Positions 11,945 through 21,410 of a DNA stretch of 33,653 bases are shown here, piece after piece. Each line of letters begins with the position of its first letter. The first letter of the stretch is position 1. A program made the position numbers and the translations under genes. Source of the DNA: Octopus bimaculoides (taxonomy: Eukaryota); NCBI RefSeq assembly GCF_001194135.2, contig NC_068984.1:61782100-61815752 (forward strand), read 5' to 3'. The notes below the pieces were generated by a model. It was not told the origin of the DNA. It saw only the letters and a program-made list of their open reading frames with translations, and made no database searches.

Positions 11945-12120
11945 GCTTAATGAATGTTACGTTGCACAACTACCCGTATGTTTTTCCTGTCACACCATCA
12001 CTGACAGGATCTCCACCCTAGGATATAGGATCCCTGTAATCCTGGTTTAATTTTTGGAGTTTCCGTCTCCTATAAGGGGTATTCAACCTTTATGACTGCT
12101 TCTGACGCTAAGGTATGGCC
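11945..12120 (-). ncRNA. Candidate decayed HDV-like ribozyme in the LINE 5' UTR
   Basis: ggccatacc can pair with ggtgtgaca (two mismatches), followed by GG; atc/gat forms a 3-bp P3 around an 8-nt loop; a gttgtgcaac hairpin and a weak P2 are present. The P1.1 CC is absent, so the fit is incomplete. Confidence 0.28.
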
Positions 12121-12145
12121 GTTGCCTCGTACGAGGTAATTCAAA

Positions 12146-12222
12146 AATAATAATAATAACAAATTTGCCACGCTCCCAGTTTGAATACGGAGAAAAGGCG
12201 GGTGGGCGCATCGACCTCATGG
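12146..12222 (-). mobile_element. SINE 3' remnant with (TTA)n tail abutting the LINE 5' end
   Basis: (aat)4 followed by aaatttgccac...catcgacctc weakly resembles the reverse of the SINE tail and central domain. Confidence 0.3.
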
Positions 12223-12244
12223 CAAAGTGGTCTTTTCATTACAG

Positions 12245-12314
12245 TAGTTCCAGTTCAATATAAATCATAGCAAAGCAGTCTTCTCATTACTTTAGTTCCA
12301 GTTCAATATAAATC
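12245..12314 (+). repeat. Exact 22-bp direct repeat (tagttccagttcaatataaatc) with a 26-bp spacer
   Basis: Copies at 12245-12266 and 12293-12314. Confidence 0.9.
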
Positions 12315-12459
12315 TCGCTATCTAATAATATATATATGTAGGAGAGAGGAAGAGGAAATTTTAAACTAATTTTAAGCATTTATCTCAATATTAATCTCAA
12401 TAAATTCGAGGGAATGAAAGAACCGGGAGACTGCCGGACAATATACATTGTATTTTCTT

Positions 12460-12580
12460 AGTTCAAATCGAGGAAGCAGACACCAACTTTACCCTTCATC
12501 CTTTCGTGGGTAGATAAAGTAAATATTAACCTAGTGCTGCGGGTTTCTGTCCAAAATTAGAAATCGATATAAATCAGAGT
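12460..12580 (+). mobile_element. Decayed SINE fragment
   Basis: agttcaaatc...caactttacccttcatcctttcgtgggtagataaagtaaata matches the SINE central domain. Confidence 0.45.
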
Positions 12581-13569
12581 GACGCTTCTTCGTCGTATAT
12601 CAGTATAAATTTGCATTAACAATTTTAGAAAACGTCACTCCTTCATAACAACCTACGATATTATAATGAAAGTAAATTTTTGTTTCGTAATAGCTTCTGA
12701 TTTATTACCTGTTCCTCTGAAGCAACCAATGCTCTTAAATATATGTTAAACAAATTCTATACATTTTAGTCTTATTCGATATTGATTAAACTTTTTGTTT
12801 CCTGAGTATCCGATGATATATTTGATTTTTCATTATTTATGTAGTACTTAAACAAGATAGTAGGAAGTAATATTTGTTTACATAAATTCCTGTCGCCAAA
12901 TAAATTGATTTCTAATACATAAAATTTCTACCTATTTGTGAATAAAAATCTTACACATGGAAAATATTAGGCAGGAATGTAATATATGGCTTCATTTTCG
13001 AGACTGCTATGAATATGTCATAATAAATTCATGCTCTTTTCTTTAAGTGTCTAGGTAGATTAAACATAGTATCATTAAATGTACAACTAATTAGGAAGTC
13101 ATGCGCAAAATCAAATTCAAGACATTAAAAGAATAAACGCAAACTTTACATGTGCTTATTATTCAAGAACTAAACTATATCACTTATGGATCTCCGTATA
13201 ATCCAAATACTTTTCTGCATTACTTTGCATTATGCTTTTGTCTTATTGTATCAGAAAGCATACTGAATTGTTGCTTTTATAACAGCTGCATTCAGTATTT
13301 TATAGGATATCATTAAAAGACAGGAAATGTAAATTAACAATCCTATTGATTTTCCAAAATGTTCCATATAATAAACTTTCTGATAGAACCAAAACAAAAT
13401 CTGAAGCTTTATGTATATTATGCAAATAAAACTCAACAGTTATTGTGATAGATACAAGAAACAGACCTATTGAGAAGATATAAGTTTATCTTTTATGTGT
13501 GATACCAATTGTAAATTACTGTTCGGAAATTTTCGGGAAACTATATTGTCAATGAACTATAGTGGTGTC

Positions 13570-13572
<3 letters not shown>

Positions 13573-13640
<68 letters not shown>
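13573..13640. repeat. (GT)34 microsatellite
   Basis: Direct reading. Confidence 0.97.
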
Positions 13641-13642
<2 letters not shown>

Positions 13643-15159
13643 GGAACTTACAAAATAAAATCTGTTAATGCAATTAGAATATATCCTGTACAGAATAATT
13701 GGAAAAGCAATATGAGGGTTGTACAAATTATAATTTAAAACTAGTTGCAGGAAAGACATCAAATTTTATAGTTAAAATACATTCATTTTATTCCATGTGC
13801 ATTGCAGTAAAGTAGCTCGTAAACCTGGTTTTCGCACTTATAAAAAAGGATGGAGTCCAGTGTTGAAAACATTTTATAGACCAATGTAAGATACTTATAT
13901 AAGTATATGTATAAAATATAAGATACGTAAAATATATTTGAATAATTTTTAATATCAGACACAATAATGTATGGTGAATAGATAACAGGTTTGATTCCAA
14001 AATAAACACTCCATTAAAACTTTTTGTTATACTTATCCTTTTGCACTTGATATTCATAGAAGCAGTTTAAAATACTTTTGAAAATGTCGATAATATTAAA
14101 GTATCTTTGTGTTAATAGTCTATTGTAGACTGGTAAAAATATATGTACTTTAACGTTCAAATATTTATATAAAATAGAAACGAATTTTCAATAATGTATT
14201 TGTGATGAAACGATACACATATTTATTTCTCAAAGAAAGGGGAACATATACACAAGACTTGTTTCTAGAAACGCTTAGTTAATTGTCACTCTGATGATAT
14301 AACTTTTAGAGAAAGCGATAGTAATGAAATATATATAATCTAGGAACAAAGTGACGTAAAGCTTGCTATTTACCAGCAAATTCCGTTTCCTTTACTGTGA
14401 TAAGAAATTTTTATTGCAGTAATGTCGTCCAGTAACATAAAATTATATTTGTCATAATTTGAACGCTAGACTAAGTGTCTACATGTCATATTTGCTGTCA
14501 CACGCTGCAGTTATTGATTATAATTAATACTATTTCGATATCGATTATTTAAATCAATTTCTATATGCAACATATTAACAAAAGAGTAACATGAATTTCT
14601 AATATATCGTATACTCAACGGCAGACAATTAAAAAAAAATATAGAATGAATTTTGAAACGTTTGAACGCTACTGCTTTGTTGGTATTTTCCCACTCCGAC
14701 GTTTATCTCATGGAGAAGATTTATATTCAAAGGTATCGTGGTCGTAACCATCCCGAGATCATCTATTTTAAGCTATATGTTGCATATGGTTGTGTTTTCT
14801 ATTTGTGTTTTATATACTTTGAGTGTTATTTGATTACTATTTCTACTAACTGGAGCATTGGTGTATAAGGTCTGTTATATTGGTTTGTCTGTAACTATTG
14901 ATCAGGTTTGACTAAAACTTAATATAAAGATGACAATACACACAAAATTTGCAACGTCTCAGATACTTGTGCAAAATTACATAGTAGATAAAATATGCTG
15001 CCACGGTTAACGCTTTGCCATATTTTTAGCTTTACTGGAAACAACTCTTGTTTGATGATGCGAATTACTCTCCTAGTTTGAATACTGAATATCATAGAGG
15101 ATTTTTAAAAATATAAAACGCCTTCTAAATAGCGTTCGTAAGTACAATGTTATACAGTG

Positions 15160-16075
15160 GCATTCAGTAATACGAGGTACCATTGAATAGAGTCCCCCGG
15201 CAGTGTCAGCGGTTCACTACCAGTGAACTAAGGTAACACCCCTTATTTTTCGAGCACCTTCCGGGGTATTCGAGCGGTTCCCAGCAGTGCTGTTTTCTGC
15301 AAGTGCTCCCCCCACCTTATTGCAGCCCCTATTTGTTCCATGAACTTCTCAAGTTATTTACTCACTGTTCCCAGGGTTCCGACAATTATTGGTACTACTG
15401 CTACCTTTTACTGTGTTATCTTCAACATCCCTATGAAATTAAGCATGCCTTCTTTTCTTAACCCACCTATTTTCAGTTTCATTCATTTTCAATTTCTTGT
15501 ATAGTGCTTTATCTTTGCAATCTTTTATCCTACACTCTGTTAAGAACATACTTGTTGCAGAGTGTCCAGTGCACATGCCTGGCTATATTGTCGTGGCACC
15601 TCTTATATTCCTTTTGGGCTAGTGGCGTATATTCGTTGGAAATATGCCATACGGTTTCACCGTTTTGTCCACAGATTATGCACCTGTCACTTTCTGCTAT
15701 GTTGTCTAGTCTTTATTTTAAGTAGTTTGTTCTTAGTGCTTGCTCTTGGGCAGCGCAGATTAGAGCCTCCGTTTCCGGATTTAAATCAGTTTTAGTCATC
15801 CACAGCCATCTTTTTTCTCTATCTGTCTTATCTTCAACATCCCTATGAAATTGAGCATGCATTCTTTTCTTTACCCACCTATTTTCAATTTCATTCTTTT
15901 CAATTTAATTTTTGCAGTGCTTGATCATTGTAATCTTTCAGCCTACACAAGCCTGACCTCCTTACTTCTAATAATAGCGTTTCTGTGGCATTTTTTTACA
16001 TACCATGCTATGTTGTATTCTTCTGCTCTATTGCTGTGTTCGCATCCAATAAGTCCTCTTCCCCCCTTTTTCTTG

Positions 16076-16077
<2 letters not shown>
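15160..16077 (-). mobile_element. Second R4/Dong-clade LINE, 5'-truncated 3' fragment with internal rearrangement (different subfamily from 8620-12140)
   Basis: Minus strand gives KKGGRGLIGCEHSNRAEEYNIAWYVK; NRWVKKRMHAQFHRDVEDKTDREKRWLWMTKTDLNPETEALICAAQEQALRTN; knuckle CIICGQNGETVWHIS...YKRCHDNIARHVHW; and VPIIVGTLGTVSK...HLQKTALLGTARIPRKVLEK-stop (15243-15245). The 5' end abuts (AAT)n. The 3' boundary is uncertain. Confidence 0.85.
15416..15948. repeat. About 120-bp diverged direct repeat (15416-15535 and 15828-15948)
   Basis: ttatcttcaacatccctatgaaatt(a/g)agcatgc...acccacctattttca(g/a)tttcattc...cctacac occurs twice, about 80% identical by eye. Confidence 0.9.
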
Positions 16078-16116
<39 letters not shown>

Positions 16117-16675
16117 GAGTGAGAGGGAAGTGCATGCCATCAACGTGACACTGGGGTAAAATATACGAAGCCCATTGTACACATCATGACTACCCGTCAG
16201 ATAAGGGTACAGCAGGCACATGCATCACAACCATATGTGCGCGACATGGTGAGCTCATATCGAAATAAACAGCGCATGACCTCGCAAGGGGGCCCCAGTT
16301 AGAGTTTTCATCAGGTCAAGTAGCCCATCCCGCTCAAAAGGTCCATGAATAAGGTTTGTTTAAGGATATTTAGCAAACCACCCATGTTTCCAAAGGTGAA
16401 TTATTCAAACCCCAAAGAATTCCTCTGAACACATGGCTATGATGCTCCCCCACTAATTCTGCTCATTATCAGATATGCACATATCGTCAGCCACCAAGGG
16501 ACATGCTCAACTGGTTATGGTCAAACAACTGACAAGCAAATCTGTGGTATTAAGCAGAATATTTGTTGTAGCCCATCTTTTTATACCAAGACAAAACAAT
16601 GTACATGATAACACTTCCAATCAATTGAGATCAGAAACCATGAGAGCCACTGCCTGGTACTGCATCCGGGCATTT
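16117..16675. mobile_element. 560-bp non-coding interspersed element flanked on both sides by (ATT)n (16078-16116 and 16673-16770)
   Basis: A GC-richer block with sharp microsatellite boundaries and no convincing ORF or Pol III boxes. It resembles a very abundant octopus repeat from memory. Confidence 0.65.
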
Positions 16676-16707
16676 ATTATTATTATCATCATCATCATTA
16701 TTCTTAA

Positions 16708-16761
<54 letters not shown>

Positions 16762-16770
16762 CATTATTAT

Positions 16771-16792
16771 ATAAGGTGGTGAGCTGGCAGTG
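16771..16792 (+). mobile_element. SINE head stub
   Basis: ataaggtggtgagctggcag matches the SINE 5' end; truncated immediately after. Confidence 0.35.
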
Positions 16793-17668
16793 TAGTTTAA
16801 GTAGGGGAAAATAATGTCTTAAATATTAATATATGGCTAGAATGTTACATATAAAACGGTTACAGGGAATAATGTCATTTTGATTGTTGCTGAAGACATT
16901 GGTCACAGACAGTAATGAATGTATCAGGCAGTACCGTATCACAGAAAACGTGATATATGTGTATTTTGTTGCCTTGGATAGCGAAAATTTCGAGGAATCT
17001 CGTCATTTGAAAATATTATCAATACATGATTATTACATATGTATATCATTTAAATTCACTTATCGAAGTTAGCTAATAGATAATGTTGTCATTGAGAACA
17101 TACCAGATATGCTTTAAACTTGCGTTGACCTTAAAGTTTATTAGATTCTAGCAGACATTTTGTCAGTTAAGTAAGATAAAAAGTGAGAAGCCTCGGGGCT
17201 GCAGAAAGCCATAAAACTGTCAACAAGTTTTCTTCTTATTCAATCCAACTTAACTGCAGTAGGTATACACGGATTCACACTCGCACTCTGGATTCTTAAG
17301 GATTTTATCAGACCTTAACCGTTGAGATAATATCTCTAAAGCTATTATGAGATATTAAACATTCAGATAATATCCTTAACAAATCTAGTGAACACACTTT
17401 CATACTTTTTACTAATCATTAACTTTTTAGCTTCAATTTAACCATTGTTTATAACGTATTTAAATGTACTCGTCTCATTCAAATATCACTAAATAAGCTA
17501 TATGTCACCTTGTGTCATTGGCCTTGTTATGAATTTTCATTATATATGGTTGCCACTCTTATAGTCAACAACTGATGAAATATTTGATAGTCTCTATTCC
17601 ACTGCCTACGCTTTCTGTATATTATATCCTTATCTTGTGTCATTATATATATATATATATATATATAT

Positions 17669-17990
17669 NNNNNNNNNNNNNNNNNNNNNNNNNNNNNNNN
17701 NNNNNNNNNNNNNNNNNNNNNNNNNNNNNNNNNNNNNNNNNNNNNNNNNNNNNNNNNNNNNNNNNNNNNNNNNNNNNNNNNNNNNNNNNNNNNNNNNNNN
17801 NNNNNNNNNNNNNNNNNNNNNNNNNNNNNNNNNNNNNNNNNNNNNNNNNNNNNNNNNNNNNNNNNNNNNNNNNNNNNNNNNNNNNNNNNNNNNNNNNNNN
17901 NNNNNNNNNNNNNNNNNNNNNNNNNNNNNNNNNNNNNNNNNNNNNNNNNNNNNNNNNNNNNNNNNNNNNNNNNNNNNNNNNNNNNNNNNT
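17669..17990. other. Assembly gap preceded by (TA)n
   Basis: Direct reading. Confidence 0.99.
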
Positions 17991-18186
17991 TAATATTGTC
18001 ACAGTTTAAAAATCCTTCACAATTTAAATATGTTAATAGTTACCATGGGTAGCAAAATTCACACCAAAAAACAGGATATCACACCCGATTTATAGGTAGA
18101 GATACCAAGTTAAAGCGATGCATTTTGAGTAGATATGAATAATAATAATAAATGGAGCAAAACGCATATAAATAAAAGTGCCTTTA

Positions 18187-18275
18187 ATTCATACATATGT
18201 TTCTAAATATATGTGCACTCTACTCCAAAGAAATAAGAGCTGCTGGAATTGCACATATATTCATCGTCAGGGAAC
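18187..18275 (-). ncRNA. Type I hammerhead ribozyme motif (left arm; stem I first pair mismatched)
   Basis: Minus strand: gttcc CTGACGA tgaatatatgtgca...tgcacatatattta GAAA catatg TA tgaat. Confidence 0.72.
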
Positions 18276-18542
18276 TAACATATAGAAGCAAGACAAATGC
18301 GAAGTGATAAAGTTACTTACGAGTTATAATATTACAATAGTATATGGCCAAGTGAGTGACCGTTAGAAGTAAGATCACTGGTTTACATAGAGTTATAACG
18401 GGAGGGGTCTGTAAACTCTTTACTAAAGGTTTAAATTAAATGATTAAAATAGGGGGATGGATCACAGTAAGGAAAACTAAAGCCGTAAACTATAACACAC
18501 TCATATGATGGCAATAGTCATTTAGATATAAATATAGGTAGT

Positions 18543-19016
18543 ATGTACAATATTATTAAATATAACAATATCTGTAACAATAATAAGACTAGCATCTTGG
18601 AATTAAATACTAATAGAATTAGGTTTTTAAGTGCGAATGCCAAGACCAAGAATGTGGTTTATCAATGTAAGGTAATGTATCACGCTGATGTCTCGTTTTG
18701 CGTAGGTAGCTCATCGACGCAGGTCTCCAAGAGAATATCGAACCATTATTCTTCATTTAGAGATAGGAATAAAGCTAACACCACCGGCCTAGGTAAATTT
18801 ATTTGGACACTGAAAGATTGCAATAAACGATTCTCTTTGGAATAGTTTATACTGGCTACCTCAGTTCCCTACGACAAAAGTAAGAATTTTTGTCCTCTTT
18901 GTAACTTGGAGATTTTCCTTATTCTGTTCGCCAAGAATCGCCTAGTTAACCAGATAACACAAACAGCGTATCGATGTCAGCACTGGCAGAGACATACCTT
19001 CATTTATTATCATTAA
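18543..19016 (+). pseudogene. GIY-YIG endonuclease domain of a PLE, one in-frame stop
   Basis: KNVVYQCKV...FCVGSSSTQVSKRISNHYSSFRD...TTGLGKFIWTLKD...FSLE*FILATSVPYDKSKNFCPLCNLEIFLIL...LVNQ...YRCQH. It has VVY/(Y)VG-type motifs, the catalytic Arg, CxxC, Glu, Asn and a terminal CxH. TAG at 18843-18845 falls at a position normally Trp. Confidence 0.85.
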
Positions 19017-19360
19017 TTCCATTCTTCCTACTAGTTTAAGTTTTTAGGTATTATTATTATTTTATTGTTATTATTATTGTCTTTTTTTTTACCTAATGTC
19101 CTCTGAATAATAACTTTTAATATAATCTTAAATAATATTTATTTCTGCCTCCATCGCCACTTGTCTTTTATTTTTCCCTTCTATAGTTGGTTAAGCAAAT
19201 CCTTCCCAGTAATGCTACATTAGTTGTCTTTGTACCACTAGTAACTTTAATTAAATATACCTGATCTTCTTCTTGTAAGCATGTATATTATTATTATTAT
19301 TTTTCAACAAAATATCTTGTACCTTGTTTTACCATTGATTTGCGTTAACATCCGTATATT

Positions 19361-19548
19361 AATATATTACAAGGCAATGATGTTTTATTTATCATGTTTA
19401 CATTCTTCGCTTCAAATCAGTATGTATTACATTTAATATTTTTAATATAATCTTAAACAATATCTTTTATTGTAATATAATATATTACAAGGCAATGATG
19501 CTTTATTTATTTATTATATTTACATTCTTCGCTCTAAATTAGTATGTT
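19361..19548 (+). repeat. Imperfect tandem duplication (period about 118 bp) in the PLE 3' region
   Basis: aatatattacaaggcaatgatg...tacattcttcgct...agtatgt occurs at about 19361 and about 19479. Confidence 0.85.
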
Positions 19549-19858
19549 ATTATTTTTTTCCTTAAGGAGAAATTTTTAATGTTTAATGAACTCTCTTGAT
19601 TCTCTCCCTTCCTCCACATTTGGATTAGCTCATAGTTTACGGCTTTAGTTTACTTTACTGTGATCCATTTTGCCCCCCATCTATTTTAATCATTTAATTA
19701 AAACTTTTAGTATAGCGTTTACAGTCCCCCTCCCGTTATAACTCTATGCAAACCAGCGTTCTTACTTGTAACGGTCACTCACTTGGCCATATAATATTAT
19801 AATATTATAACTCGTAAGTAACCTTATCACTTCGCATTTGTCTTTCTTCTATATGTTG

Positions 19859-19947
19859 GTTCCCTGACGATGAATATATGTGCAATTCCAGCAGCTCTTA
19901 CTTCTTTGGGGTAGAGTGCACATATATTTTGAAACATATGTAGGAAT
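19859..19947 (+). ncRNA. Type I hammerhead ribozyme motif (right arm; predicted cleavage after A19942)
   Basis: gttcc(19859-63) CTGACGA(19864-70) stem II tgaatatatgtgca/tgcacatatatttt GAAA(19931-34) catatg GTA-triplet ggaat(19943-47). All core nucleotides are present; the stem II closing pair is T-T. Confidence 0.78.
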
Positions 19948-19983
19948 TAAAGAAACTTTTATTTATATGCGTTTTGCTCCATT

Positions 19984-20024
19984 TATAATAATAATAATAA
20001 TAATAATAATTATTATTATTATTA

Positions 20025-20062
<38 letters not shown>
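19984..20062. repeat. (AAT)n-(ATT)n-(TA)n compound microsatellite, self-complementary
   Basis: Direct reading. Confidence 0.95.
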
Positions 20063-20066
<4 letters not shown>

Positions 20067-20683
20067 ACAAAGAGGGAGGATGAGAATTACGATTATCTTT
20101 GCGTGGTGAGTTGTAATGCAAAAAGAATTATGTATAAAATAAAAGATGCAAAATGCACACAATTTACATAATTTTAATATATATTTTATAAGTGAAAGAT
20201 TATTGTTTGTCGACCGGTTTTGCTAATCATTACATTGAAATCATTGCCATGTATTTTCTTAAGGTTTTAATCCAAATTGTGCGTAAAGTTCGTAAATGAA
20301 TGATTCACCAAGTAGAAAATTCTAATGCGAATGAAGTGGTGATCGTTATTATTGGGGTGGGGGGAGGTAATTGCTCATCTTTCGGGGAAGGGGTAAATAT
20401 ATATATATATGAAAACTCAAAACCTAAAGTAGTGAGATGAAATATTTACAGTGATGTGTATGTGATCATGAATTAAAATATATACTGAGACCAAAGTGCA
20501 TTGTGCGTTCATATTTAGACGTGTTTTGTATTTTTCGATGAACAAATTTTCTTTATTTAAACGTTCTTCTATAGAAATTGTTTCTTTGCATTAGTAGATG
20601 GGGAGAACTGAAGTTCAGTTGGATATTACCTGTGCATCTCTCTATGTGCTCACGGAACGGACTCTGTATTGCGGGACCTCGAT

Positions 20684-20835
20684 TTGTATAAGTGGTATTT
20701 AACTTTCTCAACTATAAGAAATAACATTGTCGTTTGATCTCTACTTATCGCACGCTCGTCCAACTCACACCCAATTTTCTTATAGTTGAGAATGTTATTT
20801 CTTATAGTTGAGAAAGTTAAATACCACTTATACAA
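20684..20835. repeat. Perfect 45-bp inverted repeat with a 62-bp spacer
   Basis: 20684-20728 ttgtataagtggtatttaactttctcaactataagaaataacatt is the exact reverse complement of 20791-20835. Confidence 0.95.
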
Positions 20836-21269
20836 CGACATTGAATTCTCCATGTTCGACCTGCGTCACATCTTACCTGCTTAAACTTTCATTTGAATAT
20901 GGTGTATTATATATTATGATGTAATCTTTGTCGCAGATTCTAAATTCCATTCGTGTTTTCTTTATATACAAACATGCATGTATACATACATACAAACATA
21001 CATAATACATACATACATATATACATACATACATGTATGTATGTATATATGTGTGTATGTGTGCATGTATGTATGTATCAATATTTCACTTTGCCACAGC
21101 GAGCTTTATTATACTTATGCTTTAGAAAAAATCGGTAGTCGTGTTCAGCGGCTTTAGAAATGACAAGAGAACAAGAAACAATGTAATGAGTGTCTTTATA
21201 TTTGTAGTCTCGTAAGTCCGTTGGAGAATCTATACATTACTGTATTTAGTTGAGCTTCCTAATAATCGT

Positions 21270-21410
21270 AACTTCCTGTCCAAATCCCATCAAAACCTAA
21301 TACGTATTCAGTTCCTTCAAGGTCGATAAATTAAAACGTCGGTAATTAATTTATATTGTTACTCTTGATTCTAATCTCCCTACAATTTTGAAGCCTTGAA
21401 TCTATATAAT
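21270..21410 (+). mobile_element. Highly decayed SINE remnant
   Basis: ccttcaaggtcgataaattaaaac...ctccctacaattttgaagccttg follows the order of SINE motifs. Confidence 0.35.

Larger units (their letters stand above)
8620..12140 (-). mobile_element. R4/Dong-clade non-LTR retrotransposon, near full length, decayed
   Basis: Minus-strand motifs in order: N-terminal RRWTKEMNKVVMECYF...RGYRKR; [44 protein letters not shown]; MHSRLLE...W; CCHC knuckle CRICSEKGKRISHIVSECSKLAQPEYKRR; restriction-like endonuclease IEARRPDIALIDK and VIPVVIGALGSVSK...QKTALL; then an (AAT)n tail. Confidence 0.92.
18149..19985 (+). mobile_element. Penelope-like insertion: inverted pseudo-LTR arm, GIY-YIG fragment, 3' region, pseudo-LTR arm
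   Basis: Arms 18149-18493 and 19632-19985 are reverse complements (about 90-93% identical by manual alignment). The spacer holds a GIY-YIG fragment, both arms carry hammerhead motifs, and both ends lie in AAT/ATT repeats. Confidence 0.85.

Noticed and set aside
12125-12136. 12-bp palindrome cctcgtacgagg resembling fused mariner ends
   Set aside because: No further TIR sequence on either side; too short to distinguish from chance.
12245-12314. Repeat-spacer-repeat resembling a CRISPR array
   Set aside because: Only two units, eukaryotic context, and no cas genes or leader.
14286-14345. CTGATGA...GAAA tatata TA hammerhead-like string
   Set aside because: No stem I or stem II pairing. Other CTGANGA hits (about 2114, 6438, 11814, 16487, 17573, 32350) also lack the full fold.
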